Assembly (NCBI RefSeq): GCF_031769215.1
Contig: NW_026782145.1
Coordinates: forward strand, 682,001-746,000
DNA: 64,000 nucleotides
Direction: 5' to 3'
Origin: Ylistrum balloti
Lineage: Eukaryota
The translations under genes and the position numbers were made by a program. The notes beneath the pieces were generated by a model. It saw nothing but the letters and a program-made list of their open reading frames with translations. It did not search any database and was not told the origin of the DNA. The number at the start of each line of letters is the position of its first letter. The first letter of the stretch is position 1. Of the stretch, positions 1 to 12,751 are shown one piece after another.

Positions 1-1149
1 ACAGCAATCACAATCATTCAAAGTAATTTCTATTTACACGTATAATAAACACTTTCATTAGGTGTGACAATCGTTGCATACTAAAATATTAACATAGTAC
101 AGAATACCTTTCCATACCTTACTTCAGAATTATAAACATTTGTATTAATCGACAAAAATCATTAGATGAACAAATTAACAAATATGTAATTAGCTATAAG
201 TCATATTCAAGGGACATAACTCTTATACTTTAATTTCCATAACAATAACAAGACCCATTATTGAGGCCATCTGATTAGAGAGCTAGAGGTCACCTGTTCA
301 AACCGAAGAGTTCGCACAATCACCACCTACGTAGGGATTCATGAATAATACTTTGCTTTTCTTGGAGGTGTAACACTATACGTAAGAAAGAATTAATGCA
401 GGGTCCAGTGTTATTTTGAAAACTATTGAATTAAAAAATGACTTTCATAATCACCAATGAACTTTCAAATGTATGTGATTGTTATTTAGTCAAGACTACA
501 TAAGTTTTCCATTTAATTTTCAATCCGTAAAATAAGCCAACCATTTTTACCACACTGCACAAAATGTGTGATCCTTTATGCACAATGTCTGCACGATATG
601 AGCATGAAGTTTTTGATGTGTTGTTTGTTACCAAAACTGTAGCTTCTATTTTTTCTGTTCCTTTCCAAATAATAATGACAATATCTTATTCCACAAAATT
701 TTAAAAGTTCTGATACATTTCTTTCTCTTCAAAACATTTCTTGATCACAAAAGTCCTGGATCATACATTGTAGTCCCACAGATGGTAAATATGTAGAAGT
801 TGAGATTACAGTTCGCCTTACTAGCCTTAGTTAGTGGGAATTTTGATTCAGTCAAGCTGAGTTTGCAAGTGCAAACCCTGGTGGGGGTAGGATATTTTTT
901 ATCACTCCTTCCTGTTACAGATATGCTGTTGATACAGTGACAAGATAATGTATTCTATAAGTGTAAATATGACTTGAGTGGTTAGACTGAGACTATGTCC
1001 CTGTAAAACCATTTAACAGTCGTGTCCAATATAGTATGTGACGATCATTGTCACTTTTGCCTGATTCAGTCAAGAACAGTCACATCAAGTGCATATATTG
1101 CTGCTGACAGTGTAAAATGGAGCAGACCTTCTGCTCTGGGCTTGAGATT

Positions 1150-1800
1150 GTTAGGGTTGTGGATTCAGGATATTAAGGTTATGACTTCAGGTTGTTATGA
1201 ATATGGCTTCATGTTGTTAGGGTTATGACTAAGTTTGTTATGGTTATGACTTCAGGTTGTTTGGGTTATGGCATCAGGTTGTTAGGGTTATGACTTCAGG
1301 TTGTTAGGGTTGTAGAAGAAGGTTGTTATGGTTATGGCTTCAGGTTGTTAGGGTTGTAGAAGAAGGTTGTTATGGTTATGACTTCAGGTTGTTAGGGTTA
1401 TGACTAAGTTTGTTATGGTTATGACTTCATGTTGTTAGGGTTATGACTTCAGGTTGTTAGGGTTATGACTTCAGATTGTTAGGGTTATGACTAAGTTTGT
1501 TATGGTTATGACCTCATGTTGTTAGGGTTATGACTTCAGGTTGTTAGGGTTATGACTTCAGGTTGTTAGGGTTATGACTTTAGGTTGTTATGGTTTTGGC
1601 TTCAGGTTGTTAGGGTTATGACTTCAGGTTGTTAGGGTTATGACTTCAGGTTGTTAGGGTTATGACTTTAGGTTGTTAGGGTTATGACTTTAGGTTGTTA
1701 TGGTTATAACTTCAGGTTGTTAGGGTAATGACTTCAGGTCATTAGGGTTGTTTCTTCAGGTTGTTAGGGTTATATCTTCAGGTTGTTAGGGCTATGGTTT
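1150..1800. repeat. 22-bp minisatellite (GTTAGGGTTATGACTTCAGGTT), about 29 copies
   Basis: Direct tandem periodicity; a TTAGGG in most units. Confidence 0.92.
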
Positions 1801-1910
1801 TAGAGATTGCACAGTTAATTACCGTTAAAACTATGTAACAGTCAGGAAGTCCAGATGAGTCCAGTGATTTTAATGCTATTTGCTAATGCTGCATCTGAAT
1901 TTGCATTCAG

Positions 1911-1958
1911 ATCATTGTTTGTGAGCAGTTTGACTCTCCCTTCACAAGTTTTTCTAAG
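1911..1958 (+). CDS. Candidate internal exon of an unidentified convergent gene (SLFVSSLTLPSQVFLR or IIVCEQFDSPFTSFSK)
   Basis: ttgcattcag| acceptor and AG|gtaagc donor; reading frame ambiguous. Confidence 0.4.
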
Positions 1959-2306
1959 GTAAGCCTGGGAGCTAGCCAATCTACATGGGAAAGTATGTGT
2001 ATATTCCTGCTGATCGCCTTGGAAGGAATCAAACCCAGGTCTGTGGTATAATAGTCCAAGCTTGTCAACAACAGATCATGCACAGCAGTTGTACCTAACA
2101 GTACACACAACTGGCCTGTTGTGTACTGTTGTACAACCATGACATAAATAACAAAAGACACCAGTAATGACACTATTGGGACGTCATCAATAGTTATATC
2201 TTGATGATGTCATATGTTTTATTGGTTGTGAAAAGTGTACCATCTAGGTAGAAATAAGTCTGTCTTATAGGGAAATTAATCAGAAAGATTTTGTTTATTT
2301 TTTCAG

Positions 2307-2328
2307 AAATATGGGTGATATGATAAAT
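2307..2328 (+). CDS. Candidate 22-nt exon (NMGDMIN) of the same unidentified gene
   Basis: ttttttcag| acceptor and |gtaagt donor; open in frame with 1911-1958 if that exon ends in phase 2. Confidence 0.35.
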
Positions 2329-2569
2329 GTAAGTCTACACTTGTGCCGGTGTAAGATAGACCTTATCAATAACAAATTATAGAACATTTTTCATAGAATA
2401 AATATCACATCGATATCATGCTTATGCAAGATCCTGTATTTATGAGCCACTCCAACCTCATCCTTTTACACTATTCCAAGACCTTTTTCATGTGATAAAT
2501 ACTATTTCATATTCTAACATACAATTTAAGGCAGCTAGCTAGGCAGCATGGTGGCGGAGACAAATCAGC

Positions 2570-2750
2570 CAAGACATGGCGATCCTTAGTGGTACCATTC
2601 AGGCATGGCAATTCATAGTGGTATGAAGGCATAGTAATTCATATTGGTATGTAGACATGGCAATTCATAGTGTTATGAAGGCACAGTAATTTATATTGGT
2701 ATTGAGGGGATACCAACTTATGGTGGTATTGAAAGCATGCCAATTCATAA
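2570..2750. repeat. Short degenerate tandem repeat (gcaattcatagtggtatgaagg-like)
   Basis: Recurrent caattcata...gtggtat motifs. Confidence 0.6.
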
Positions 2751-3304
2751 TGAAGAATGTAGTTGTGTTACTTTTGTGTCAAACTATGTTTTAGAACATG
2801 TACAGTGTCTACATGTGCACTACTAGTGTAAAAGGAGTGAGTCAGTGTGGTTTGAACATAGTGTTAAGTACGGTCTCTATCACTCAGCTGATATGACAGA
2901 GCAGGCTTTTTAAGGTTCAATTAGTAGAGTCAGTTTACTTTTACATATACGTTTGAGTTCCATTCCTGGTCGTGGCATTCGAAAGGATTGTGTTTCTTCC
3001 TTGTACATGTTCTTTCACATATCTATGTTACCAAAAGTTCCCAATTGAAGGATAAAGTCGTGACAGAACCTCTTTATCCTTATTACCCGTGTACAAATGT
3101 AGATGTTACCTGTCCATCAGACAACCAATGTAACCTTACAAGTGGAAATTACAAGACAGTGCCGTGAAATCATCGACGATGTACAATATATATATTCCCT
3201 TTTATAAAGTTTAAGTTCTTCTTTAATTGCTTTTGATAAGGAATTAATATTCTAAATTATATAAATAAGTTAAAGTCAAACACATACCATGTTTAACAGG
3301 GTAG

Positions 3305-3394
3305 TTAGACATCCTGGACAGGCATGACTCCTTCCGCAACAATCGGTGTCTACTGCATGGAAGAAGAGTGGAGTTTATCATAGGACATCGATAC
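3305..3394 (+). CDS. Candidate exon (LDILDRHDSFRNNRCLLHGRRVEFIIGHRY) of unidentified gene
   Basis: 90-nt open frame ending at |gtatgt; acceptor position uncertain. Confidence 0.35.
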
Positions 3395-3625
3395 GTATGT
3401 ACACCTGTTGCTGGGTCAGCTGACATCTGCCCACGAGGTACTGATAAGCTAAGTGTATGTCACCACGTGCATCAACAGCTGACATCCTAACATACTGACA
3501 TAAACACACCCCATTTTCACTTTGTTTGTGTACGTCTGTACTCCCACCGCTCTCATGTGATCAGTCATGTGACTTTGAGTATTCATCATATAGTCTATTT
3601 CAGATATCTTTATATTCTGTTTCAG

Positions 3626-3703
3626 GAATGTTACGAGCATATACACATTTTCTATAAGACCCTCAAAACAGAAGAGATGATAGGTTTTCCCCCAATTGAT
3701 TGA
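3626..3703 (+). CDS. Candidate terminal exon (ECYEHIHIFYKTLKTEEMIGFPPID*) of unidentified gene
   Basis: tctgtttcag| acceptor, TGA at 3701-3703, AATAAA immediately after (3704-3709). Confidence 0.4.
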   Translation, partial: ECYEHIHIFYKTLKTEEMIGFPPID

Positions 3704-3968
3704 AATAAAACAGGATTGATAAAATCAGCTAATTATAATTTCAATACGGAAATATTACTTTCTACGGAAGATGATCCTATGAAATCCAGCCTTTTCACGG
3801 CAAAGTCATTGGCAACATCTCAAAGGTAAAAGTAGAAATAAAAATTTATTTATTGATATTCAAACAAAATATGTGTACATTTGCAAGTGTAATCATGTAA
3901 AGTGTATCAATACAAAGAAATCGATGCTGATGACCAATACTTGACACCGATGCTGAGGAACATTTTAC

Positions 3969-4010
3969 CAGAGACGTATATATCACATATATGTGATATA
4001 TACGTCTCTG
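3969..4010. mobile_element. Perfect 42-bp palindrome flanked by a 7-bp direct repeat; collapsed TIR element
   Basis: CAGAGACGTATATATCACATA followed by its exact reverse complement; ATTTTAC at 3962-3968 and 4011-4017. Confidence 0.7.
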
Positions 4011-4384
4011 ATTTTACAAAGTACATTTTAGCTACCGGTAACTAAGTCCGTAACTTTGTATAATTTGAAAAAAACAGTTCTTGTTATAGAAATCTTTTTG
4101 TTGTTGTTCTTGTTCGGTTGGTGGGGATCCGCAATTTCATGGAGATCAATGTTTTCGTAGACGCTATATAAACCTGCATAGGGAACAACGCAGTCAAGTA
4201 ATAGCTAGACGAATGGGAGTTGTTCCCCTTTAATCAGTAATTAAAGATTTTAGTGGCTTGCATCGCTCACATAACTCTGGTTTGTATTGGGAACAGGTAT
4301 GATAATTTTAGAAATGTCTATGGTCTTTGAGCACTGACATTAATAAATATATAAAAATACTTTGAAACAATATATTTTCCATTA

Positions 4385-5220
4385 GCAAGATGCTCACGGG
4401 TCTTAACGGTCATTTGACTATATAGACCAATGCATGAAAGATGCTAAATACGCCTAAAATATATTGTTTCTCTACAACTTACAAAGAAGACACTGTTGGT
4501 TTGCAAAAAACATTTTCTGCAAGCCTGAAACCATATTCTTTTTACATGCTGCTACACAAATGCCATCAATGGAACCAATTGCTTGTCGACAAAGAAATTT
4601 TAAGATCCCACCTCATTTAACCCAAGAGATCTTGAATATCAAGGTCAATTATTTGACATTGATAACAATTTATCCCAGCATACCAAAGGTCCAACTTCAG
4701 CATCCTGGGCCTTTTGATTATTCAAGAGGAGTTGTTTAAAGAGTTTTACAAATTTGTTCCCTGTCACCTTGAAAATGGGTAAATGTCATTAGTTTTAATA
4801 AACTTGGTAGCCCTTCATCCCGTCGTGCTACAGGCCTAATTTCAGCACCCTGGGCTTTTTGGTTATTGAGAAGAAAATAAAAAAAACTTCAACACTTTTG
4901 ACACTTGTAACCTTGGATGTGGGTCAAGGTCATTCATATCAACAAACTTGGTAGCCAGGCTAAAAATCAGCACCCTGGGCTTTTTGGTTATTGAGAAGAG
5001 GCTGTTTGAATATTTTGATATATTTGACACCTATGATTTTCAAAGTAGATCAGAGTAAATGCAATGAATAAAGTTGAAAGTGGTTCAAGGTAAATGATAA
5101 GGACAAACTTGGCAGCCCTTCATCCCAGCATGCTACAGGCACAATATCAGTAATTGATAAGAAGTTGTTTAAACATTTCAACACATTGGACATTGGAAGT
5201 TGGCAATGTTAGCCCTTCTT
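4385..5220. mobile_element. Decayed non-autonomous interspersed element with internal subrepeats (MITE/HINE-like)
   Basis: Repeated caaacttggtagcccttcatccc...ctacaggc...cagcaccctgggc blocks at about 4800, 4950 and 5105; family assignment is from resemblance only. Confidence 0.45.
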
Positions 5221-6069
5221 TCTGGTTTTAACTGAAATCCCCGAGTGGAACTCAAGAATATTGATGTCGTTGTTCAGGAATGCATTCAAAATAAACATGA
5301 CTACTATGGCTACCCTGTTAAATTTTGATGAGGCCGAAAAATTAACAAAACTTTGTTGGCTTCCTTAGTAGCCCCACTGATTTTCAGCTCAGAAGAACTT
5401 CAGAAGTTTTTCAAGATGGAGTCCAAAATGGCAGCCATTAATGTCATGAAAACCATGATTGTGTGGTCATGTTACAAAAAGGCCATTGTGGCTGCAATGT
5501 TCATCTTTTGATGATGCTGCAAAATAAGAGCACTTTCCTGAACATTCCTAACAGTTTTCAGCTCAATAACACCACTGGAACTTGATAAGAAGTTTAATAT
5601 GTGTTTTCCAAGATGAGGGTCATTTAGGATTTTGGACCAACACAGAAAGTATCCTGACAAAAGGTTTTTTCTCGAGAAAGTGATAAACTATGTAAAAGTG
5701 GGGACATGTCCAGTTTTCATCCCTGGAAAAAGCAAGCCTCTCTCCATGTGACATTAGAGAACAACGATGAATTGATGGCCGATGTGGCTACTGACATCAA
5801 GCTTCATTTAAACATTATGAACTCTGTCTATGATTAAAGCCAACTTGTTGTTAACTATTTTCTTTCTTGTAAAGTTACAATATCTGATGAAAGAGGAAAT
5901 AAAAATGTCTATCTGTGTCTCTCCATTCATTACCATCTTGTCAGGGGCTGCAATATTTCAGTCTAAGTGTTGAACTACATAACCTCTGGTGAACATCCGA
6001 AATATGTGGTTCCATGCTCCATACTCATGGCAGTAGTGTTTTGATGAGAAAAAGGGAAACAGATCAGTC

Positions 6070-6240
6070 TTTGCTGGTGTGGTTGTGTCCTTGGGCAAGA
6101 TGATTTACCCTAATTGCATTGGAATATGATTGGCCTCCATTATGTTTTTCAGTGAGGTAGTCAACAGCTATTACAAGGAGACCCCGCCTCAAGATGACCC
6201 TCGCTGTTCACAGTATGACAACCCATCAAACAAACCATCG
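6070..6240 (+). mobile_element. SINE relic (3' part)
   Basis: gtgtccttgggcaag...tttaccc core, atgaccct motif and aaacaaacc tail; similar to 32255-32385. Confidence 0.5.
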
Positions 6241-6539
6241 CCTTATGTCATAATGGGTCACATAGCATGAGAAGGGTATATAACATAAGAGCTCAGTCCC
6301 GCGTAAAAGTCGCAACATTCCATGTCAATCTCAACAGTGTACAGCTATTATTCATATTCTCAAGAACACTAACAAATAACATGAGACTAGATGTTTCTTT
6401 GAGCATGTTATAAAGTTTATTGACGGTAATTTTTCTTTGGACAACATTTCTGACACATTGACAAAGATGTAGAAACAATGCTTAAACATACAGCAACATT
6501 AAGCCTTTAGCATATCACACTATTTCCACACATATGGGA

Positions 6540-6910
6540 AATACAGATCTGTAATATCTCATTATTTCTAGATATTGGAAAAATATGGATTTAACATCGC
6601 ACTATTTCCAAACATCAGAAATACATATCTAGCATTACAGTACTTCTTAACATCAGAAATATGGATCTAACATCACAATATTTCCAAACATCCGAAATAC
6701 AGATCTAATATCACACTTTTCCAGACATCAGAAATTTGGATCTAATATCACACTTTTCCAGACATCGGAAATTTGGATCTAATATCACACTTTTCCAGAC
6801 ATCGGAAATTTGGATCTAATATCACACTATTTCAAAACATTGGAAATACAGTTCTAACCTCATACTTTTCCAGACATCAGAAACTTGGATCTCTTATCAC
6901 AATATTTTCA
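6540..6910. repeat. 37-bp minisatellite (ccagacatcggaaatttggatctaatatcacactttt), about 10 degenerate copies
   Basis: Period 37 seen at 6721/6758/6795. Confidence 0.85.
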
Positions 6911-7324
6911 GACATGTTGGAAATAACGATTCAGTCACTCTGACCTGTAGCAGTCCAAGTACACTGACCACACACAGTACTGGTCAATTGTCACTTAATC
7001 TAAACCTATATAGACCACTTATCAATATTCAAGTTTGGTAAGTATTATATATACGTATAGAACTGTGTAATGTTGTTGGTAAGGAAGGCTATACCACAGA
7101 CACTGAATCTTTATACTATACCATCAGGCACAGAGACTGTAGGCTCTACTTTATATAATCTGATCACAGAAACAGAATGCTACCTTTTCCAACACATACA
7201 TAGAATGCTACATATGGGCATGGCATGTGTATACATAACGACAGCTAGGAATTAATTATGTTAATTGTGTAAAATGTGTGCACATATTGGTTTTTTATGA
7301 TCAATTGTAACTGAAGTGAGGAAT

Positions 7325-8650
7325 AATCAGCATCCTGTCCACAACAGTAATGTCAGCATCCTGTCCGCAGCTGGAACATCAACATCCTGTCTACAACAGA
7401 AACAGCAACATCCTGTCTACAACAGTAATGTCAGCATCCTGTCTACAACAGGAACATCTACATCCTGTCTACAACAGGAACATCTACATCCTGTCTGCAG
7501 CTGGAACATCAACATCCTGTCTACAACAGGAACATCTACATCCTGTCTACAACAGGAACATCTACATCCTGTCTACAACAGGAACATCAACATCCTGTCT
7601 ACAACAGAAACAGCAACATCCTGTCTACAACAGAAACAGCAACATCCTGTCAACATCCTGTCTACAACAGGAACATCTACATTCTGTCTACAACAGTAAT
7701 GTCAGCATCCTGTCCGCAGCTGGAACATCAACATCCTGTCTACAACAGGAACATCAACATCCTGTCTACAACAGGAACATCTACATCCTGTCTGCAGCTG
7801 GAACATCAACATCCTGTCTGCAGCTTGAACATCAACATCCTGTCTACAACAGGAACATCTACATCCTGTCTACAACAGGAACATCAACATCCTGTCTGCA
7901 GCTTGAACATCAACATCCTGTCTACAACAGGAACATTTACATCCTGTCTGCAGCTGGAACATCAACATCCTGTCTGCAGCTGGAACATCAACATCCTGTC
8001 TACAACAGGAACATCTACATTCTGTCTGCAACAGGAACATCTACATCCTGTCTGCAGCTGGAACAGCAACATCCGGTCTACAACAGGAACATCAACATCC
8101 TGTCTACAACAGGAATATCTACATCCTGTCTACAACAGGAACATCAACATCCTGTCTACAACAGGAACAGCAACATCCTGTCTACAACAGGAACATCTAC
8201 ATCCTGTCTACAACAGGGACATCAACATCCTGTCTACAACAGGAACAGCAACATCCTGTCTACAACAGGAACAGCAACATCCTGTCTACAACAGGAACAT
8301 CAACATCCTGTACACAACAGGAACATCAACATCCTGTACACAACAGGAACATCAACATCCTGTCTACAACAGGAACATCAACATCCTGTCTACAACAGGA
8401 ACATTAACATCCTGTACACAACAGGAACATCAACATCCTGTCTACAACAGGAACATCAACATCCTGTACACAACAGGAACATCAACATCCTGTCTACAAC
8501 AGGAACATCTACATCCTGTACACAACAGCAACATCTACATCCTGTCTACAACAGGAACATTAACATCCTGTCCACAGTAGTAACATCGACATTCTGTACC
8601 CAAAAAGGACGTCAATATTCTGTCCACAGCAGAAATGTCAACGTCTCATC
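7325..8650. repeat. 26-bp minisatellite (acatcctgtctacaacaggaacatca), about 50 copies
   Basis: The 26-aa periodicity of the overlapping ORFs equals 3 x 26 nt. Confidence 0.95.
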
Positions 8651-10269
8651 CAAAATAGGAATGTCAACACATTCCATTATACATTGTACAAAAAGATCAG
8701 GTTCTGTCAACAGGACATGCACATGACTGTGTTCACATTTTAACCATTGAATAATTGATTGGCACTGTAAGCAGGAAGCTCTTGTGTTTTTCAATACAGA
8801 CAAATGGTCCATCTAGACAGGAAAACAAAAAAGTGCTGCTTCTAGATAAGTAAACATACATGTAAAAGGTTATTCTGAAGACAGGTAGAAACTATAAAAA
8901 TAATCATGCATATATATGTAATCAGTCACTCTTGACAGGTATATCATTCAAAATTTGTCTTTTCCTTAACAAAAGAATTTTTTTAAAGATTCCATATTGG
9001 TAAATGAATTAAATGCTTTCAGGAGGTTCTATCCATGAGCACCAACAGTTTCTGGACAGGAACTAAACAAACATCCATTGATACATGCAAGTATTATTTA
9101 AGACACTGAAAGACCACATAAAGAAAATGTACCTGGTACTTCTAAGCAGGTTAACTGTATATGTAAGGTATACCTGGTTATAACAGGTAACACTACATAA
9201 ATTAAATCATCATTTTCTGGAGTTATTGTTCTTAGTCATTGATACAAATTAAATTTGGTCTTTTTATCATTTAATTTACTCACTGTATACTTGATATATA
9301 AAAAACTATATTGCCAATATGAATATTGTGAAAATGATTTTTCACACTTTTCACTTCAAAGTATTGCTATTGAGCTATATTACAAGACAATCTTGGTCAT
9401 TCTACGTAACAGTGATTATATGGAAGGACCAGATAAATATGATTATACAGCATAAATATGGAAAACAATGAGAGAAAATACTGACCACAGACTCCAAAGA
9501 CTTACAGTAATACACATGACAAACTTTAGAACTCATCGAATATTACACATACATAAGAAATTAATTTAAAAACAGGAAAAAGTCATCAAGTTACTGAGTG
9601 AAGAAAATTTATTTTCTCCATAATCAATGAATAATCAAATTTCACAGATTGTCACATTGTAATGATAAAAATGTAAATTAGACCAGGTGATTTTAACCAC
9701 TGGTGATATACCTATATTAAAGCTAGCCTACATTAATAATACAGCTAAAAGGTTGTATACACATATAAAAATCTAGCAATAAAACAATTATTTGACATCC
9801 TAATATGTACAGAGATCACTGTGTAGTTCATAAATTATATCCTTAATCTGTTATAACATATAAAATAAAGTGAGAAAGTATCAACAGGTGACTTATAGGC
9901 ACTATATACTGCCTCTGATCCAGCCAATATTGAGTAAACATTGATAAGACTTATTTCTAAATAGTTCTAACTTATCATAAGTTCTCCACAGCACCTTATA
10001 CATGTTGGATATAAATCAGTAGCCAATAAGCCACCATTGCTGTAAATAACCTCCAAAATTTCAAGTCCATCAGTGAATATTGTACACCTCTGCACTAAAT
10101 GGGTTGACTTTCAAATGTTTTTTCCCCCAGTTTTCAGTAGTCTACCAGCCTACTTACAGAAGCAATGGTAACACCTTTGCCTGTAAGGGACTTCTGGAGC
10201 ATGTCAATAAACATTACATTTGGGGTGATGTAGCAGCCAAGTAAGTTCATCACTTGTTGAACAGAGATT

Positions 10270-10550
10270 TCTTGTACTCAGAAATTGAGACCCTCTGCTG
10301 TAAGTCTTGTAATGCACTCAAAAACACTTTGGTTTCAAGTCTGGTGATTGAAGAGAAATGGTTTCAATCTTTTACTCAGAGAGACTAAAGTTGAGGTCTT
10401 GTACATATACTGTGAGACACCGTGTTTAAGTCTTGTACTCGGAGACACTGAGTTGAAGTCTTGTACTCGGAGACACTGAGTTGAAATCTTGTACTCAGAG
10501 ACACTGAGTTGAAGTCTTGTACTCCGAAACACTGAGGTGAAGTCTTGTAC
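10270..10550. repeat. 28-bp tandem repeat (agtcttgtactcggagacactgagttga), probably in the ADAMTS 3' UTR
   Basis: Clear copies at 10428-10545 with degenerate flanks; lies about 600 bp past the stop codon. Confidence 0.8.
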
Positions 10551-11134
10551 AATGAGTTGAAGGGGTAATATTCATGAACACATACATAGTCTGTGTGTCA
10601 AATCTCCTCACTTTACAATGACAATGTCTGTGGGCAAGGCTCAATTGACTTACTCCATATACAATTACAAGACATATTCTCTGATCACATGTCACAATGA
10701 GGTCATAAATTTCACCAACTGTGCTCACATGTCACACAGCATCACTGGTCACATGACACACTTTTTGCGGTTACATGTCAAACTACATCTCAGATCCCAT
10801 GACATAACATCTCGGGTCAAAAAACACTGATTACACCATAATTTGAGAATTTATCTCCCCTGCATCATCACATGATCAGACTGTCAATCACTGCTTTGAT
10901 ATGAAATGAGTATCCATACCTAAGAGAAATAATGGTTACTTTGGGTTATCCATCTGTAACGTCTTTCAGGAGGAATTCTCAAAGCCATCTTGAATTTTTG
11001 AGACAAAATTGCACTTGCTTGAAGTCAAGTTCAGGAAAATGGTTCACCATTCCCATCCAAGTTCAACACATTTTGTATCTCCAAGGCCATCTGCCATGTA
11101 GAAAGAGACCCAAAGAAGACAGCGTTGCATGGTT

Positions 11135-11301
11135 TTACCTCGCAGTGCGTCGGTGGTAAGGACGTTGTCGCCACTGTCGTACATTACAGGTGAGACAACA
11201 TTTCACTCGTACATACAGTTTGGAGCACTGGTTCATTCTCCGCAGGGCACGACAAATCTGGTTACTCATCTTGTCTCTTGTACAACGGTGTCGGTTTAAA
11301 G
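11135..11301 (-). CDS. ADAMTS7/12: Terminal exon with PLAC domain (CTRDKMSNQICRALRRMNQCSKLYVRVKCCLTC) and Arg-rich tail, TAA stop
   Basis: cag| acceptor in the required phase 1; six-Cys PLAC pattern; stop codon at 11135-11137. Confidence 0.94.
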
Positions 11302-11431
11302 CTGCAATGAGACAGACAATGTTTCAATTGAAAAAGTGTAATTGATAACTACTTATTATTATGTTATAGATCAGCATTTACCTTTGGAATTACCAAACTT
11401 TGTAAAATATGTATAATGACTCCATACTAAC

Positions 11432-11582
11432 CATGATTATTATCTGGACAAGAGGCTTTGTTACACTGCTGTCTCTCGCCTGGTTTGGTGTGGGTGGGGC
11501 AACCAGCACCTCTCTGTTGTGATGTGATGTTGATACACTGGACAAGACGAACCTGTTCCCCACCGCCACATGACTTGGAACA
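11432..11582 (-). CDS. ADAMTS7/12: TSR8 (CSKSCGGGEQVRLVQC...KPGERQQCNKASCP)
   Basis: tag|/G|gttagt boundaries; 151 nt. Confidence 0.93.
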
Positions 11583-11838
11583 CTAATACACAAAAAACAA
11601 AAGTTTGAACATCATAACAATGTCTTCAACACCTTTAAATACTCACAAACTGGCACAAATAGAAAAGACCATGGCCGTTATGTACAAAGAGATAAAAGTG
11701 AAAAATAAACCTAGAAATATTTCAGTCACACATGACTTTAGAGTATCTCAGATTACTCCTGTGGAACTAAGCGAGACTGAGACAAACCTCTGTAGTGAAG
11801 TACAGTGAATATAATTATATTATTGTATTTGAACCTAC

Positions 11839-11985
11839 CCTGCTCCACTGACCATGGACCCAAGCAAGACAAGCAGGGAGGTCACATGGCATGGTTTCTG
11901 CTGGTTTCAGTTCAGGGTCACACACTTGACTCCTTGGACAGGTCACCAACCTCATCTTTGTTGACACACCACAGGTAGCAGAACA
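11839..11985 (-). CDS. ADAMTS7/12: TSR7 and start of TSR8 (CSATCGVSTKMRLVTC...WVHGQWSR)
   Basis: tag|/|gtaggt boundaries; 147 nt. Confidence 0.94.
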
Positions 11986-12384
11986 CTAAAACACAATAGT
12001 ATTTTTACTCAGGATGAAATTATTATCATTGAAAGTAGTTGTCATTTTCAACAATACCTATTCAACTTTAGGACAATAATGAGATATCTTTGACAAAAAT
12101 CACCTTTTCACTTGCAGAAAAGAATGTTATTCATACACATGTAGAGTATTTACCTGTCAGAAAGGAAATCATGTTTTGTGTTTGACATTAACTTTAAGGC
12201 TAACAAACCTAACACAGGTATTTTCTATTGAAATATATAATCGGGTGAAAGTCAGCTTTACTGAAATAAATATCACAAGTTTTATCTATACAAGGTGAAG
12301 ATAAATTTTACTAACAAACCTATTAAAGGGTACTGATGATAAATTTATCATTTGTTTATTTAATCTTCTGAAAACTGTACTTAC

Positions 12385-12555
12385 AGCACTCCAGTCTCCA
12401 CCCTCCCATTCAGAGCAGGCGTGGACATTACAGCGATCAATGGCATTAGGTTTGTGTCTGATCTCACACTGACTTTTAGCCACAGTTTCCCCACTGGCTT
12501 TATCTACACAGTAAATGGTTCTGGTCTGTATTCCGGCACCGCACATTCTTGAACA
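12385..12555 (-). CDS. ADAMTS7/12: TSR6 and start of TSR7 (CSRMCGAGIQTR...CSEWEGGDWSA)
   Basis: cag|/|gtaagt boundaries; 171 nt. Confidence 0.95.
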
Positions 12556-12751
12556 CTGTCAACATGCAAGGTAATACAGATTACAGCAAACACAGATATC
12601 GGTCATGCAATGGGTGCAGAATAAAAGACACATGTATTAATAAATATAGTCACACATGTGACAAAAAGTTCAATAAGCAAGATCATCTGTCAATGCAGTG
12701 TTATGGTTTGGATGGCTTTAAAATGAAAGTTGTTGTTGATGGTTGACTCAC

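Noticed and set aside
7316-8726. Long plus-strand ORFs (127, 458, 293 aa)
   Set aside because: They are overlapping frames of a 26-bp minisatellite that lacks stop codons; no domain content.
9608-9613. Minus-strand AATAAA as the ADAMTS polyadenylation signal
   Set aside because: A hexamer in AT-rich DNA cannot be assigned without 3'-end data.
11390-11593. ORF-track translation GNRFVLSSVST... for the TSR8 exon
   Set aside because: Wrong frame; the spliced frame reads CSKSCGGGEQVRLVQC.
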